From contig JBAZLY010000004.1 in the NCBI GenBank assembly GCA_041650035.1, forward strand, positions 1 through 62,881: a stretch of 62,881 bases of DNA, given 5' to 3'. The notes beneath the pieces were generated by a model. That model ran no database searches and was not told the DNA's origin. It saw only the letters and a list, made by a program, of their open reading frames with translations. Below are positions 36,432 to 45,766 of the stretch, piece after piece. How positions within the stretch are numbered: position 1 is the first letter of the stretch; each line of letters opens with the position of its first letter. This DNA is from Candidatus Omnitrophota bacterium. GTDB taxonomy: Bacteria > Omnitrophota > Gorgyraeia > JABMRG01. A program made the position numbers and the translations under genes.

Positions 36432-37601
36432 ATGAAGCGTGCAAACGGTATGCGGTATAATTTTAGTAATATTGGTTTATCAGGGTATGCCCCGACTTGG
36501 ATAGATATAGATCTGTCCGCCATAAGGCATAATTTTTTACGGATCAAAAACATGGTTACAAAAGGCACAGCTATACTTGCCCCGGTAAAGGCCAATGCCT
36601 ATGGGCATGGGATATTGGAGGTGTCTAAAACCCTTGTCAATTTAGGCGTGGATTATCTTGGTGTAAGCACATTGAATGAGGCCATGTTGCTTCGCTCAAA
36701 CGGTTTTGCCAAGATACCGGTTTTGATGATGGGGGCAATACTTGCCAGGTCCGCTGACATAGTTATTGAAAATAATATTACTCAGACTGTGGGAGATATC
36801 GGTCTTGCTATGGCAATAGATAAAACTGCCGGAAAGCGCTGCCGGAGGGCTAAGGTCCATATAAAGATAGACACAGGCATGGGAAGGATAGGTGTTTGGC
36901 ATAAGGATGCCATGAGCCTTCTGCTTGCCATGCGAAGACTGAAAAATATTGAGATAGAGGGCATATTCAGCCATTTTGCAAGTTCCGACGCAGATAGCTT
37001 TCTTACTCATGGTCAGATAGCCGCTTTCAACTCGCTTATTGAAGAGATAGAAAAAGCCGGTATTGAAATACGTTATAAGCATATGGCCAACAGCATGGCG
37101 GTTGTTGATTATAAGAGTTCTCATATGAACCTTATAAGGCCCGGGCTTATCCTTTATGGGTTATGGCCTAAACGCGGGGTATCACGGGGCAAGATACATA
37201 TCAAACCGGCATTAAGCCTTAATAGCAGGATTGTTTTTCTCAAATCGGTACCTCCGGGCAGGGTGATAAGTTATGGCGCTACTCATACTACCAGAAGGCA
37301 TACAAGGATCGCGACTATACCCATAGGTTATGGGGATGGCCTAAGCAGAAGACTGTCCAATAGAGGGTATGCCCTTGTCAAAGGCGTAAGGGTCCCTATT
37401 GTAGGACGGGTATGCATGGATCAGACCATGTTTGATGTTGGCAGGGTTCCTGGTGTGAAAAAGTCTGACCGGGTCACCCTGATAGGCAGGGAATCGGGCA
37501 GGTCTATAACGGTAGATGAGATAGCTGAATTATGTGAAACAATACCTTATGAGGTTGTCTGTTGGCTTGACAAGAGGATACCAAGGAAATATAAAAATTG
37601 A
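36432..37601 (+). CDS. alr: alanine racemase
   Basis: PLP-lysine motif APVKANAYGHG, with the C-terminal Y-containing motif region. Confidence 0.95.
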   Translation: MKRANGMRYNFSNIGLSGYAPTWIDIDLSAIRHNFLRIKNMVTKGTAILAPVKANAYGHGILEVSKTLVNLGVDYLGVSTLNEAMLLRSNGFAKIPVLMMGAILARSADIVIENNITQTVGDIGLAMAIDKTAGKRCRRAKVHIKIDTGMGRIGVWHKDAMSLLLAMRRLKNIEIEGIFSHFASSDADSFLTHGQIAAFNSLIEEIEKAGIEIRYKHMANSMAVVDYKSSHMNLIRPGLILYGLWPKRGVSRGKIHIKPALSLNSRIVFLKSVPPGRVISYGATHTTRRHTRIATIPIGYGDGLSRRLSNRGYALVKGVRVPIVGRVCMDQTMFDVGRVPGVKKSDRVTLIGRESGRSITVDEIAELCETIPYEVVCWLDKRIPRKYKN

Positions 37602-37630
37602 TTTTTTAAAAAAAAGAGAATTTAATAGAT

Positions 37631-37674
37631 TTAAGCAAAAAAAATGAGTTTTTAAGCAATAATTAGCAATTATT
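37631..37674 (+). promoter_or_regulatory. phased TTA(A)GCAA repeats / tandem AGCAAT(A/T)ATT direct repeats (candidate operator)
   Basis: TTAAGCAA at 37631 and 37652 (21 nt apart). AGCAATAATT (37655-37664) is directly followed by AGCAATTATT (37665-37674). All sit just upstream of the -35 hexamer. Confidence 0.35.
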
Positions 37675-37689
37675 ACTGTTTTTTCACTA

Positions 37690-37718
37690 TTGACTGATCA
37701 CAGTAAATACTATATACT
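37690..37718 (+). promoter_or_regulatory. sigma70-like promoter (TTGACT-17 nt-TATACT) for the pilus-like cluster
   Basis: Hexamers at 37690-37695 and 37713-37718 in an AT-rich 186-nt gap. Confidence 0.5.
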
Positions 37719-37787
37719 CCCATCATAAGCTATCAAGGTATACCAGAAACTACCAAGCGCCGGCAATATGGGCCGAGGTAAAGGGCT

Positions 37788-37976
37788 ATGAAAGCTGAAA
37801 AATATTATTCGGTTAATGAGGTCGCCAGGCTTTTAAGTATCTCAAAACAGACATTGGTGCGCTATGAATCAAAAGGTATATTCCCAAGCGCCAGGCGTAA
37901 TAAAGTTAACGGGTGGCGTGAATATACAGTAAATGAGATTAACCACTTGCGCAAAATAATAGGCAGGACTTCCTAA
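37788..37976 (+). CDS. MerR-family HTH protein, DNA-binding domain only (62 aa)
   Basis: YSVNEVARLLSISKQTLVRYESKGIFPSARR..NGWREYT..EINHLRKI matches the MerR N-terminal winged HTH. No effector or dimerisation domain is present. Confidence 0.75.
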   Translation: MKAEKYYSVNEVARLLSISKQTLVRYESKGIFPSARRNKVNGWREYTVNEINHLRKIIGRTS

Positions 37977-39565
37977 TGCCAAAAAGGGCTGTTGGTATTC
38001 ATATTCTGTCAAAGTATGTAGATATCGCTGAACTTTCAGGTTTACGGTCTAGTCCGGTACTTTTAAGCTTCAGGAGGCAGGAGATCGTCCCGGGGATTAT
38101 TGGTATTGGTCATGATGATGAAAAGGATGCCTCCTTGGCCTGGTGTGAGGGGGTGGTATCTGCCATAAGAAACGGCATTGAGGGCCTTAGGTCCAAACCC
38201 CAATTGATTTATACCGTATTACCGTCAGGTGATACGATGGTCAGGTATTTTGATATGCCGTTTTTGCCTAAATCCGAGCAGGCGCAGGCGGTGCGCTTTG
38301 AGGCAAAAAAATATGTACCCTTCAGGCTTGATGAGATAATAAGTGATTTCAAGGTTCAGGCCTCATCTAAAGCCAAACGATCGATAGATATATTCTTTGT
38401 GGCAGCAACAAAGGATAGGTTGAATAATCATACCGCCAAATTTACGGCGGCAGGTTTGCACGCGGCCGGAATTGATATTATCCCTTTTGCTTTATTGCGC
38501 GTCCTGATGCTGCATAAAAAGGCGGAAGCAAAAAACGGACTGGTCATACTGTATGTTGATGACGATAAAAAGAGTATTTCGATAAGTGTAATAAGATCAG
38601 GTATCCCATTTATGAGCAGGGACATCAAGGTATTAACTGACGATAAGGAGTCTTTATTTGAAAAGGTCGCCAGCGAGTTGATGGTATCGATTGATTATTA
38701 TCGCAGGCAAAGGATAGGTTGTGACGTCTCTAAAATAGTTATTTGCGGTGAACGGCTTTTTGCCGGGCTGGATGCTTATATTTCTAATGAGTTGAAGGTC
38801 GCTACCGAGACCTTGTATGATTTTACGAAAATTAAGAATGCCGACAAGGTGCCTTCTACCGCCATTACAGCTATCGGGGCCGCGATGGGAGGGCTCGGAA
38901 GATCAAACTACAGTGTTAATCTTTCACCTTTTCATGCTATTGCTGAAAAGAGGCAGGCCTTAAATGTCCGGGCGGCGCAGGTTATAGCGGCCGCGGTTAT
39001 TATATTGGCTACCTATCTGTTGTCCGGCTTGTTTTTGAAAAGCGGTTATCTTGAATTAAGCCAATTGGAACAGATCTCCGCGTCTTTGCCGATAACGACC
39101 TCGGTATTGGACGTGGAAACTCTTATAAAGAAAAAGGGTGCCATGCTGGAGGCATTTAGATGTCTTCAGCTTATTCAATCAGACCGTATCTCCTTAGCCA
39201 GGCAGTTGTCCGCGATAACCGCTCGTGTTGAAGAGCAAAGAAAACAAGCGGGCGGCCTATGGATAGATAAGATCGCGTTCAAGGAGACTATCATAACGAA
39301 CGAATCTAAATTGCCTGCCGGTATCAACAGGGAAATGGTTTTGTCGGGGGGCGCTTTCTCAAGTGATGATGCCAGGGAGATGGATTATGTCCACAGTTTT
39401 CTTGGCGCTCTTAAGTCGGATGGGGATTTTACGCATTACTTTAAGGACATAGAGCTGGGTTCTGTCGATAGGACAAATATATCGGACAAATGGGTCGCAA
39501 GTTTTTCTATATTAGCTTATTCACAGCCGCCCAAGACAGCGCAAGGGCGCAGGGGCAGGAGATAG
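37976..39565 (+). CDS. PilM-like actin-fold ATPase fused to a PilN-like TM/periplasmic module (GspL-like architecture)
   Basis: The N-terminal ~330 aa are PilM-like, followed by VNLSPF (compare the PilN INLLP motif), one TM helix (VIAAAVIILATYLLSGLFL) and a ~170-aa periplasmic part. The start overlaps the MerR stop (TAATG). Confidence 0.7.
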   Translation: MPKRAVGIHILSKYVDIAELSGLRSSPVLLSFRRQEIVPGIIGIGHDDEKDASLAWCEGVVSAIRNGIEGLRSKPQLIYTVLPSGDTMVRYFDMPFLPKSEQAQAVRFEAKKYVPFRLDEIISDFKVQASSKAKRSIDIFFVAATKDRLNNHTAKFTAAGLHAAGIDIIPFALLRVLMLHKKAEAKNGLVILYVDDDKKSISISVIRSGIPFMSRDIKVLTDDKESLFEKVASELMVSIDYYRRQRIGCDVSKIVICGERLFAGLDAYISNELKVATETLYDFTKIKNADKVPSTAITAIGAAMGGLGRSNYSVNLSPFHAIAEKRQALNVRAAQVIAAAVIILATYLLSGLFLKSGYLELSQLEQISASLPITTSVLDVETLIKKKGAMLEAFRCLQLIQSDRISLARQLSAITARVEEQRKQAGGLWIDKIAFKETIITNESKLPAGINREMVLSGGAFSSDDAREMDYVHSFLGALKSDGDFTHYFKDIELGSVDRTNISDKWVASFSILAYSQPPKTAQGRRGRR

Positions 39566-39567
39566 GC

Positions 39568-40134
39568 ATGCAGATAAGGTTTAATATAGATCCTAAAAAG
39601 AAGTCGATATTGATATCGCTTGTCATCCTGTCCCTTGCCTTCTTCGCGTGCTTGAACATAGCCGGCGCGCAGACGAGAAAGAGGGAATCTATTAAAAAGA
39701 AGGTCTTGGATCTTTCAAAAAAGATAGTCTTACGGCAGGACATTGAAAAGATAGAAAGGATCAGGCAGGAATATGCGAGGTTTTTTCATGAAGATATAGA
39801 TCGTCAGGTATTAAGGTCGGTTATATTAGCCGTTGCCTCGGAATTAAATGTGGATATAATATCCGCCAAACCGCTTGAAAGAGATGTCTTGGGTGCCGTA
39901 TCAAGAGAGTCTATAGAGCTTTCATTCAGATGCTCCTTTAACGATCTCGGATTATTCATCTCCAGGATCGAGGGTATGCCTGTGATCACTAAAATAGAAT
40001 CGTTATTAATACAAGGGGATTCCGTTAACGAGGGTTCCGGCGCGGCGGCCGCGGGTCTTAAGGGAAAGATCTATGAATCGGATTATGATGTATCTGCTAC
40101 CATGGTGGTCGCGGGGTATTCGATAAACGGTTGA
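39568..40134 (+). CDS. PilO/GspM-like pilus assembly protein
   Basis: Short cytoplasmic tail, one TM segment, a coiled coil, then an alpha/beta domain. Its position after the PilMN gene supports the call. Confidence 0.5.
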   Translation: MQIRFNIDPKKKSILISLVILSLAFFACLNIAGAQTRKRESIKKKVLDLSKKIVLRQDIEKIERIRQEYARFFHEDIDRQVLRSVILAVASELNVDIISAKPLERDVLGAVSRESIELSFRCSFNDLGLFISRIEGMPVITKIESLLIQGDSVNEGSGAAAAGLKGKIYESDYDVSATMVVAGYSING

Positions 40135-40136
40135 TT

Positions 40137-40598
40137 ATGGATAAGGAAAAGAGACAGCAAATAATATTAGTTATCATAATACCCGTATTTTTTTTGGGCC
40201 TTATATATATGCACTCACGGCAGGCCTCGGCCCCAGGCGTTCCCGGCAGCAATGAGGAGATGCTTAAACCCGATGCCGGTATTGATGCCATACCGATGCC
40301 GGACGAGGGAATGGATTTTAGTTACACCCCCGGCGGAGAAAACCCTTTTATAAATCTCCTGCAGACGCATCTTGCCTCTCTGAACAAGAAAGCGCCGGGT
40401 GAAAACGCCTCTTTGCCGATGCCCCCTCTGCTTGTTGAGGGTATGATATGGAACACCGATAATCCGCAGGCTATAATTAATGGCAAGGTCTTAAACAGCG
40501 GGGACATCATTGATGGTGTGCGCATTGTTAATATCGAGAAGCAGGGCATAACGATAGATTTTAACGGTGAACATGTGCTGATAGAACGAAAAAAATGA
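40137..40598 (+). CDS. PilP/GspC-like small membrane-anchored protein
   Basis: N-terminal TM segment, a Pro-rich linker, and the C-terminal motif VEGMIWNTDNPQAIINGKVLNSGDIIDGVRIVNIEKQGITI, typical of PilP/GspC HR-like domains. Confidence 0.5.
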   Translation: MDKEKRQQIILVIIIPVFFLGLIYMHSRQASAPGVPGSNEEMLKPDAGIDAIPMPDEGMDFSYTPGGENPFINLLQTHLASLNKKAPGENASLPMPPLLVEGMIWNTDNPQAIINGKVLNSGDIIDGVRIVNIEKQGITIDFNGEHVLIERKK

Positions 40599-40610
40599 GG
40601 AGATACTAAC

Positions 40611-42110
40611 ATGAGGGCAACCCGTAGTATAAAATTAAAAAATGCGTTGGTCTTGACGACGGTTATTTTTTATATCATGGTCGTTGTCGGCTATGCCCCC
40701 GCCCAGGAGATGCGCAGTATATCAATGGATTTTCAGCAGGCCGCCTTAAAGGATGTCTTAAAGGTTTTTTCGCAGCAGGCGGGCCTGAATTTTGTAGCAA
40801 CGGAGAATATCGAAGATAAGAAGATTACTCTATACCTTGACAATGTAACCGTCAGGGATGCCCTCGATTCTATTATGTCAGCCAATAACCTTACCTATGA
40901 ACAGGCCCAGGGCAGTTCCATTTTTATTGTTAAGGAATCGGGTAAGACCAAGGTTGATATGCTGACAAAGGTCTATTCTCTTGACTTTGCCCGGATTGGC
41001 CTCTCCAATGATGACTCGACCTCAAGCGGGTCAACGGATATCCGGCCTGTGGTAGAGCATCTGCTTTCGAAAGGCGTAAACGGTGAAACGCTTGGAAGTG
41101 TTGTTGTTGATAAAAGGACAAACAGTCTTATCGTAACCGCGATACCCGCTGATTTCGCGATAATTGAAGACACTATAAAGAAGCTTGACAGCGTGACCCC
41201 GCAGGCGCTTATAGAGGCCGAGATAGTCGAGATACATACCGGCGCTTTAAGGAATCTCGGGCTTGAGTGGGGTGGCAGTGACGGGACGTTTGTCAGGTTC
41301 ACAGGTCCTACGAAACTGACCCATTTTCCCTTCATAAGGCATAATAATCCGTTTTCCAAGGGTCTGTTAAAGATAACCAATACGGATGATGATGACAGCA
41401 CGGATCTTAAAAACGAGATGGGCGTGCTTTCTCTGCAGGAATTTTCCGTTGTCCTTAAGGCCCTTGAAAGCGAGAATATGGCCCGGTATCTGGCAAAACC
41501 GCGCATCATGTCTCTAAGTAGTGAGACGGCGGAGATAAAGATATCGTCTGATACCGCGATCGGCGTAAAAAAGACCAGCATTACCGATACGGGTGAGGTC
41601 ATTGAGGAGGCGGAGAGGATAGAGACAGGCATAACGCTGAAGGTCACACCGACGGTAAACAAAAAAGGCTATATAACTATGACGATAGAGCCTGAGGTAT
41701 CCCGCGCTGTCCAGTCGTCGTATTTTTCAAGTTTCGTGGATCCGACAAAGAGAAGCGCCAAGGCGACGGTTATGGTAAAGGATGGCCAGACTATCGCGAT
41801 AGGTGGTCTGCTGAAAACGGATGAGGAGGACTCCGGAAGGGATGTGCCGGGTATAAGCAAGATACCTCTTCTGGGAAATCTATTTAAGTCTAAAGGTAAA
41901 ACCAAGGTTCAGACCGAGATCATTGTTTTTATTACGGCTCATGCGATACTCGATGACGCTGATGCCGCACAGATGGCCCCGGCGCCAAAGACCGATGAGA
42001 TATTGGTTAACGAGAAGGTAGTTCCGGACACGGCAGATCAGAGAGAGGCGGAGATACGCAAGACCGTTATAAAGCTTAGGAAAAAAAGAGAATTGGAAAG
42101 AGTAAGGTAA
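40611..42110 (+). CDS. pilQ: type IV pilus / type II secretion secretin
   Basis: N-domain repeats plus the secretin core (VPGISKIPLLGNLFKS...IVFITAHA). Confidence 0.85.
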   Translation: MRATRSIKLKNALVLTTVIFYIMVVVGYAPAQEMRSISMDFQQAALKDVLKVFSQQAGLNFVATENIEDKKITLYLDNVTVRDALDSIMSANNLTYEQAQGSSIFIVKESGKTKVDMLTKVYSLDFARIGLSNDDSTSSGSTDIRPVVEHLLSKGVNGETLGSVVVDKRTNSLIVTAIPADFAIIEDTIKKLDSVTPQALIEAEIVEIHTGALRNLGLEWGGSDGTFVRFTGPTKLTHFPFIRHNNPFSKGLLKITNTDDDDSTDLKNEMGVLSLQEFSVVLKALESENMARYLAKPRIMSLSSETAEIKISSDTAIGVKKTSITDTGEVIEEAERIETGITLKVTPTVNKKGYITMTIEPEVSRAVQSSYFSSFVDPTKRSAKATVMVKDGQTIAIGGLLKTDEEDSGRDVPGISKIPLLGNLFKSKGKTKVQTEIIVFITAHAILDDADAAQMAPAPKTDEILVNEKVVPDTADQREAEIRKTVIKLRKKRELERVR

Positions 42111-42111
42111 T

Positions 42112-43818
42112 ATGCGCAAGTCTAAATTAAAGATTGGGGAGATACTTCATAATGAGGGGTTGGTGAACCAGGCGCAGATTGAAGAGGCGCTGAAGTTCCA
42201 GAAGCTTAGCGGTAGAAGTATCGGGGATATATTGGTTGACAGGGGCCTGATCAAGGAAAACGACCTTTCCAACGCCCTTGCCAAACAGCTGGATATACCG
42301 TTCGTATCGATCAAAGACGGGTCATTGAAGCCGTCTGATGATGACGGTCTCGACAAGATTATACCGCAGTACTTTGCCAGAAGCCATATGGTATTACCGC
42401 TTTCAAAGCACCTGAAATCTCTTACCGTAGCCATTGCTAATCCGCTCGATCTTTTATTAATGGATAATTTACGAAAGATGACAGGCTATGATATAAATCC
42501 CGTTATCGCGACAAAGGCCGATATCCGGGAAACGATATCCAGGTTTTACGGCGCGAAAGACCTTTTGGAGGAGGCTGTCGACAGTTCGTATGATATAACG
42601 GATGCTGGTATCGACGCGTTTAAGAAGCAATATGAGAGTGAAAGCCTCGAGGACATAGTCTCAAAGGCTGAAGAGGCACCTATAATAAAACTTGTTAACC
42701 TGGTTCTTATACAGGCGGTAAAAGACAGGGCAAGCGATATACATATAGAACCTTTTAAGGAAAAGATAAACGTGCGGTTTAGGATCGACGGGATATTGCA
42801 TCAGATAGCGCCTCCCTCACAACATCTCCTGCCCGCGCTGATATCAAGGATAAAGATCCTCTCTAAAATGGATATTGCTGAAAAAAGACTGCCGCAGGAC
42901 GGCGGTTTTACCGTAAAGATTGAGGACAGACCTATTGATTTGAGGGTATCTGTTGTGCCAACCCTATTTGGTGAAAAGGCTGTGCTAAGGATACTTGACA
43001 AGGGTGCCGTGTCTTTCGAACTGGATAAGCTTGGTTTTTCGGAAAAACACCTTAATAGTTTCAAATCGGCAATAACAAGGCCTTATGGCCTTATATTTGT
43101 GACAGGACCTACCGGAAGCGGAAAGTCAACCACGCTTTATTCGGCCTTGAATTATATCATGACTCCAAAAAAGAACATTATGACAATTGAGGACCCTGTT
43201 GAATATCAGTTAAGCGGCATAAATCAGGTGCAGGTCAAACCCCATATAGGGTTGACATTCGCTGAAGGCCTTCGTTCCTTTTTGAGGCAGGATCCCGATA
43301 TTATGATGGTGGGTGAGGTCAGAGATATTGAGACGGCAAGTATTTGCATTAGGGCCTCTCTGACAGGCCATTTGGTTTTAAGTACATTGCACACAAATGA
43401 CGCGCCTTCCGCCGTCACCAGGCTTACGGATATAGGTGTTGAGCCGTATCTTGTCGCGTCAAGCCTTTTGCTTATCATGGCACAGCGCCTTGTAAGACGA
43501 TTATGCCCTAAATGCAAGGCCCCGGCCAAGATGCCCGATGCTATTGCCGGCCGTTACGGCATAATCAAGCGGGATATATTTGAGGCAAGAGGGTGCGAGT
43601 ATTGTAAGAATACGGGTTATTCGGGGAGGGTTGCTATACATGAATTGCTTGAGATTACCCCTGAATTGCGCCAGCTTATCGCTAACAGGGCTGATATGGA
43701 TACAATAAGGCAGACCCTAAAAAAATCGGGTATGCGGACATTGGTTGAAGATGGTTTATCAAAAATTACTGATGGCATAACAAGCATTGAAGAGGTGATG
43801 AGTTCCACGTTTGAATGA
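42112..43818 (+). CDS. pilB: type IV pilus assembly / T2SS ATPase (PilB/GspE family)
   Basis: N-terminal GSPII domain, Walker A GPTGSGKSTT, Asp and His boxes, and a tetracysteine motif (CPKC...CEYC). Confidence 0.9.
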   Translation: MRKSKLKIGEILHNEGLVNQAQIEEALKFQKLSGRSIGDILVDRGLIKENDLSNALAKQLDIPFVSIKDGSLKPSDDDGLDKIIPQYFARSHMVLPLSKHLKSLTVAIANPLDLLLMDNLRKMTGYDINPVIATKADIRETISRFYGAKDLLEEAVDSSYDITDAGIDAFKKQYESESLEDIVSKAEEAPIIKLVNLVLIQAVKDRASDIHIEPFKEKINVRFRIDGILHQIAPPSQHLLPALISRIKILSKMDIAEKRLPQDGGFTVKIEDRPIDLRVSVVPTLFGEKAVLRILDKGAVSFELDKLGFSEKHLNSFKSAITRPYGLIFVTGPTGSGKSTTLYSALNYIMTPKKNIMTIEDPVEYQLSGINQVQVKPHIGLTFAEGLRSFLRQDPDIMMVGEVRDIETASICIRASLTGHLVLSTLHTNDAPSAVTRLTDIGVEPYLVASSLLLIMAQRLVRRLCPKCKAPAKMPDAIAGRYGIIKRDIFEARGCEYCKNTGYSGRVAIHELLEITPELRQLIANRADMDTIRQTLKKSGMRTLVEDGLSKITDGITSIEEVMSSTFE

Positions 43819-43929
43819 TGCGCGTCGTCAGGTTGTCGACAATCATAGACGGATACAAAAGCGTGTTGAGGCTTGGCGGTCGGCAGCCTGCCAAGGCCGT
43901 GACCCGTTTTTTAGCGCGTGGGAGACAGA

Positions 43930-45156
43930 ATGACCACTTATAAATATTATGCCAGGACAAGACAATCCGAGGCCAGAGAAGGTTTTATTGATGTGCCCGG
44001 CGAAGATGAATTGGTAAACGCTCTTCAGGCCCAGGGTCTTGTACTTGTTGACTTCCAAAAAACGGTGAAATCGAGTAAGGCTGTTGTTACCGCGGCTAAA
44101 CGCGCTAAGATGCATATAGGCGTAAAACTGGATGACCTTATTACCCTGGCAAAACAACTTCAGGCCCTTCTCGGTTCAGGGATTACCCTTCTTAGGAGTT
44201 TTGAGATAATAAGTCTTCAGATACAAAGCATGAGGCTTTTTGATTGCGTTGAATCGGTTAAAAAGGATATATCCGCAGGCAGCAGCCTGAAGGCCGCCCT
44301 GGCTAAGCACCCTAAGGTATTTTCTAATCTTTGGGTTAATATCGTTGAGACTGGTGAGGCGACAGGCCAACTCCCTTTCGCTCTTGAGCAGCTTGTAACC
44401 TATCTCGAATCGTCATCGTCTCTGCAGAGAAGGATTAAGAGCGCGCTTGTATATCCCATGATAGTCCTTTGTGTTGCCGCGTGCGCTGTAATCGTGTTCA
44501 TCGTCAAGATAATACCGATGTTTGCCGGTATATACGCCGGTTTCGGCGCCCAGTTACCGGTATTTACCCAGGCCGTCTTTGATGTCTGCCTAAGCATTAA
44601 GCGATATCTGGTATTATTTGCTGCTGTCATAGTGTTTTCTATAATCGGACTGCGTTATTACGCGAATACGCACGAAGGCCGTAGGCGTATTGACATGATG
44701 CTATTGAATATTTTTTTGATAGGCGATATTATCAAGGAGATCGCAGCTGTGAGGTTCGCCTCGGGTCTCAATATGCTTATAAAAAGCGGGACACCGATCT
44801 TGCACGCGCTTGATATAACTATTGAGACAGCCGGCAATGTCATTATAAAAGAGATGCTCCAGGTTGTTAAAGAGAATGTTCGAGAGGGCAGGTCGATGGC
44901 GGAGCCTCTTATAAAATGCGGGATATTTCCCGAGATGCTCGCGCATATGGTTGCGGTTGGCGAAGAATCGGGAGAGCTTGCCAATATGCTTGATAGTGCA
45001 GGCAGGTTTTATGGTGAAAGGGTGGACGCCACGGTGGCCAGATTCGCTACTATGTTTGAGCCCATACTTATAGTGGTAATCGGCGCTATAGTTGGAACCC
45101 TTGTGATAGCAATGTTTTTGCCTATATTTGGCATCTCAACCGCTATAAGCGGGTAG
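43930..45156 (+). CDS. pilC: type IV pilus / T2SS inner-membrane platform protein (PilC/GspF family)
   Basis: Two T2SSF repeats and three TM regions. The MTTYKYYA start at 43930 is typical for PilC. Confidence 0.9.
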   Translation: MTTYKYYARTRQSEAREGFIDVPGEDELVNALQAQGLVLVDFQKTVKSSKAVVTAAKRAKMHIGVKLDDLITLAKQLQALLGSGITLLRSFEIISLQIQSMRLFDCVESVKKDISAGSSLKAALAKHPKVFSNLWVNIVETGEATGQLPFALEQLVTYLESSSSLQRRIKSALVYPMIVLCVAACAVIVFIVKIIPMFAGIYAGFGAQLPVFTQAVFDVCLSIKRYLVLFAAVIVFSIIGLRYYANTHEGRRRIDMMLLNIFLIGDIIKEIAAVRFASGLNMLIKSGTPILHALDITIETAGNVIIKEMLQVVKENVREGRSMAEPLIKCGIFPEMLAHMVAVGEESGELANMLDSAGRFYGERVDATVARFATMFEPILIVVIGAIVGTLVIAMFLPIFGISTAISG

Positions 45157-45232
45157 AATGATATTTATTTAATTCAGGCAATACTGACATACATTATCAA
45201 GACAAACCAACGGTATATAGAAGATACAAGGC

Positions 45233-45261
45233 TTGACACCTGAAAGGTTAAGTGATAAAAT
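45233..45261 (+). promoter_or_regulatory. near-consensus sigma70 promoter (TTGACA-17 nt-TAAAAT) for the pilin gene
   Basis: Hexamers at 45233-45238 and 45256-45261. RBS GGGGAGG precedes the ATG at 45286. Confidence 0.55.
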
Positions 45262-45285
45262 TGGACAAACAATGGGGAGGATTAA

Positions 45286-45651
45286 ATGTCGCGTAAAAAA
45301 GGCTTTACTCTGATAGAGGTCTTGATCGTGATAATTATTTTAGGCATACTTGCCACCTTAGCCATGCCTCAATTCGCGGCATTGGCAAAGAGGGCCTATT
45401 TCGCCGAGTCCTGGACAGGGCTTAGTGCGATGAGGACGGCAATGGAGCTGTATAAGCAGGAAAACGGAAATTATGCCGGTGCCACTGTCGCTAATATACC
45501 TTTTACGACACCGACAGGCGCTGTGTTCGCTTATTCTATTGCCAGTGTTGACGCGACCAATTATAATCTATTGGCCACCGGAAGCGGTAAGGCCGCAGGC
45601 CTTACGGCGTGGGTAACGGAGGACGGCGTCAAAGGTAATGCGGGGGCCTAA
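45286..45651 (+). CDS. type IV pilin / pseudopilin with class III signal peptide
   Basis: MSRKKG|FTLIEVLIVIIILGILA has Gly-1, Phe+1 and Glu+5. 121 aa with no cysteines. Confidence 0.85.
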   Translation: MSRKKGFTLIEVLIVIIILGILATLAMPQFAALAKRAYFAESWTGLSAMRTAMELYKQENGNYAGATVANIPFTTPTGAVFAYSIASVDATNYNLLATGSGKAAGLTAWVTEDGVKGNAGA

Positions 45652-45700
45652 ATATATACGCCTCGGAATTAGTTATATATTTGAGTGTATTTGTCTTTAC

Positions 45701-45737
45701 GGGGATGGGTTTTTTAAAAAAGCCTGTCCCCTTTTTT
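45701..45737 (+). terminator. intrinsic terminator after the pilin gene
   Basis: GGGGATGGGT (45701-45710) pairs with GCCTGTCCCC (45722-45731), giving 10 bp including 3 G-U pairs, followed by T6 (45732-45737). Confidence 0.65.
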
Positions 45738-45766
45738 AGTATGATCTTATTTGCGCGGTGATTGCT

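Noticed and set aside
43861-43917. Imperfect GC-rich hairpin (GGCTTGGC...GCCAAGGCC) followed by CGTTTTTT between pilB and pilC
   Set aside because: The stem needs a bulge and the T-run is displaced about 7 nt from the stem. It may be a weak attenuator, but the evidence is too thin to annotate.
45157-45285. Possible sigma54 (GG-N10-GC) promoter upstream of the pilin gene
   Set aside because: No TGGCAC-N5-TTGC-like element was found by eye. GGCAATACTGACA and TTGGACAAACAATGG do not fit. A near-consensus sigma70 promoter is present instead.
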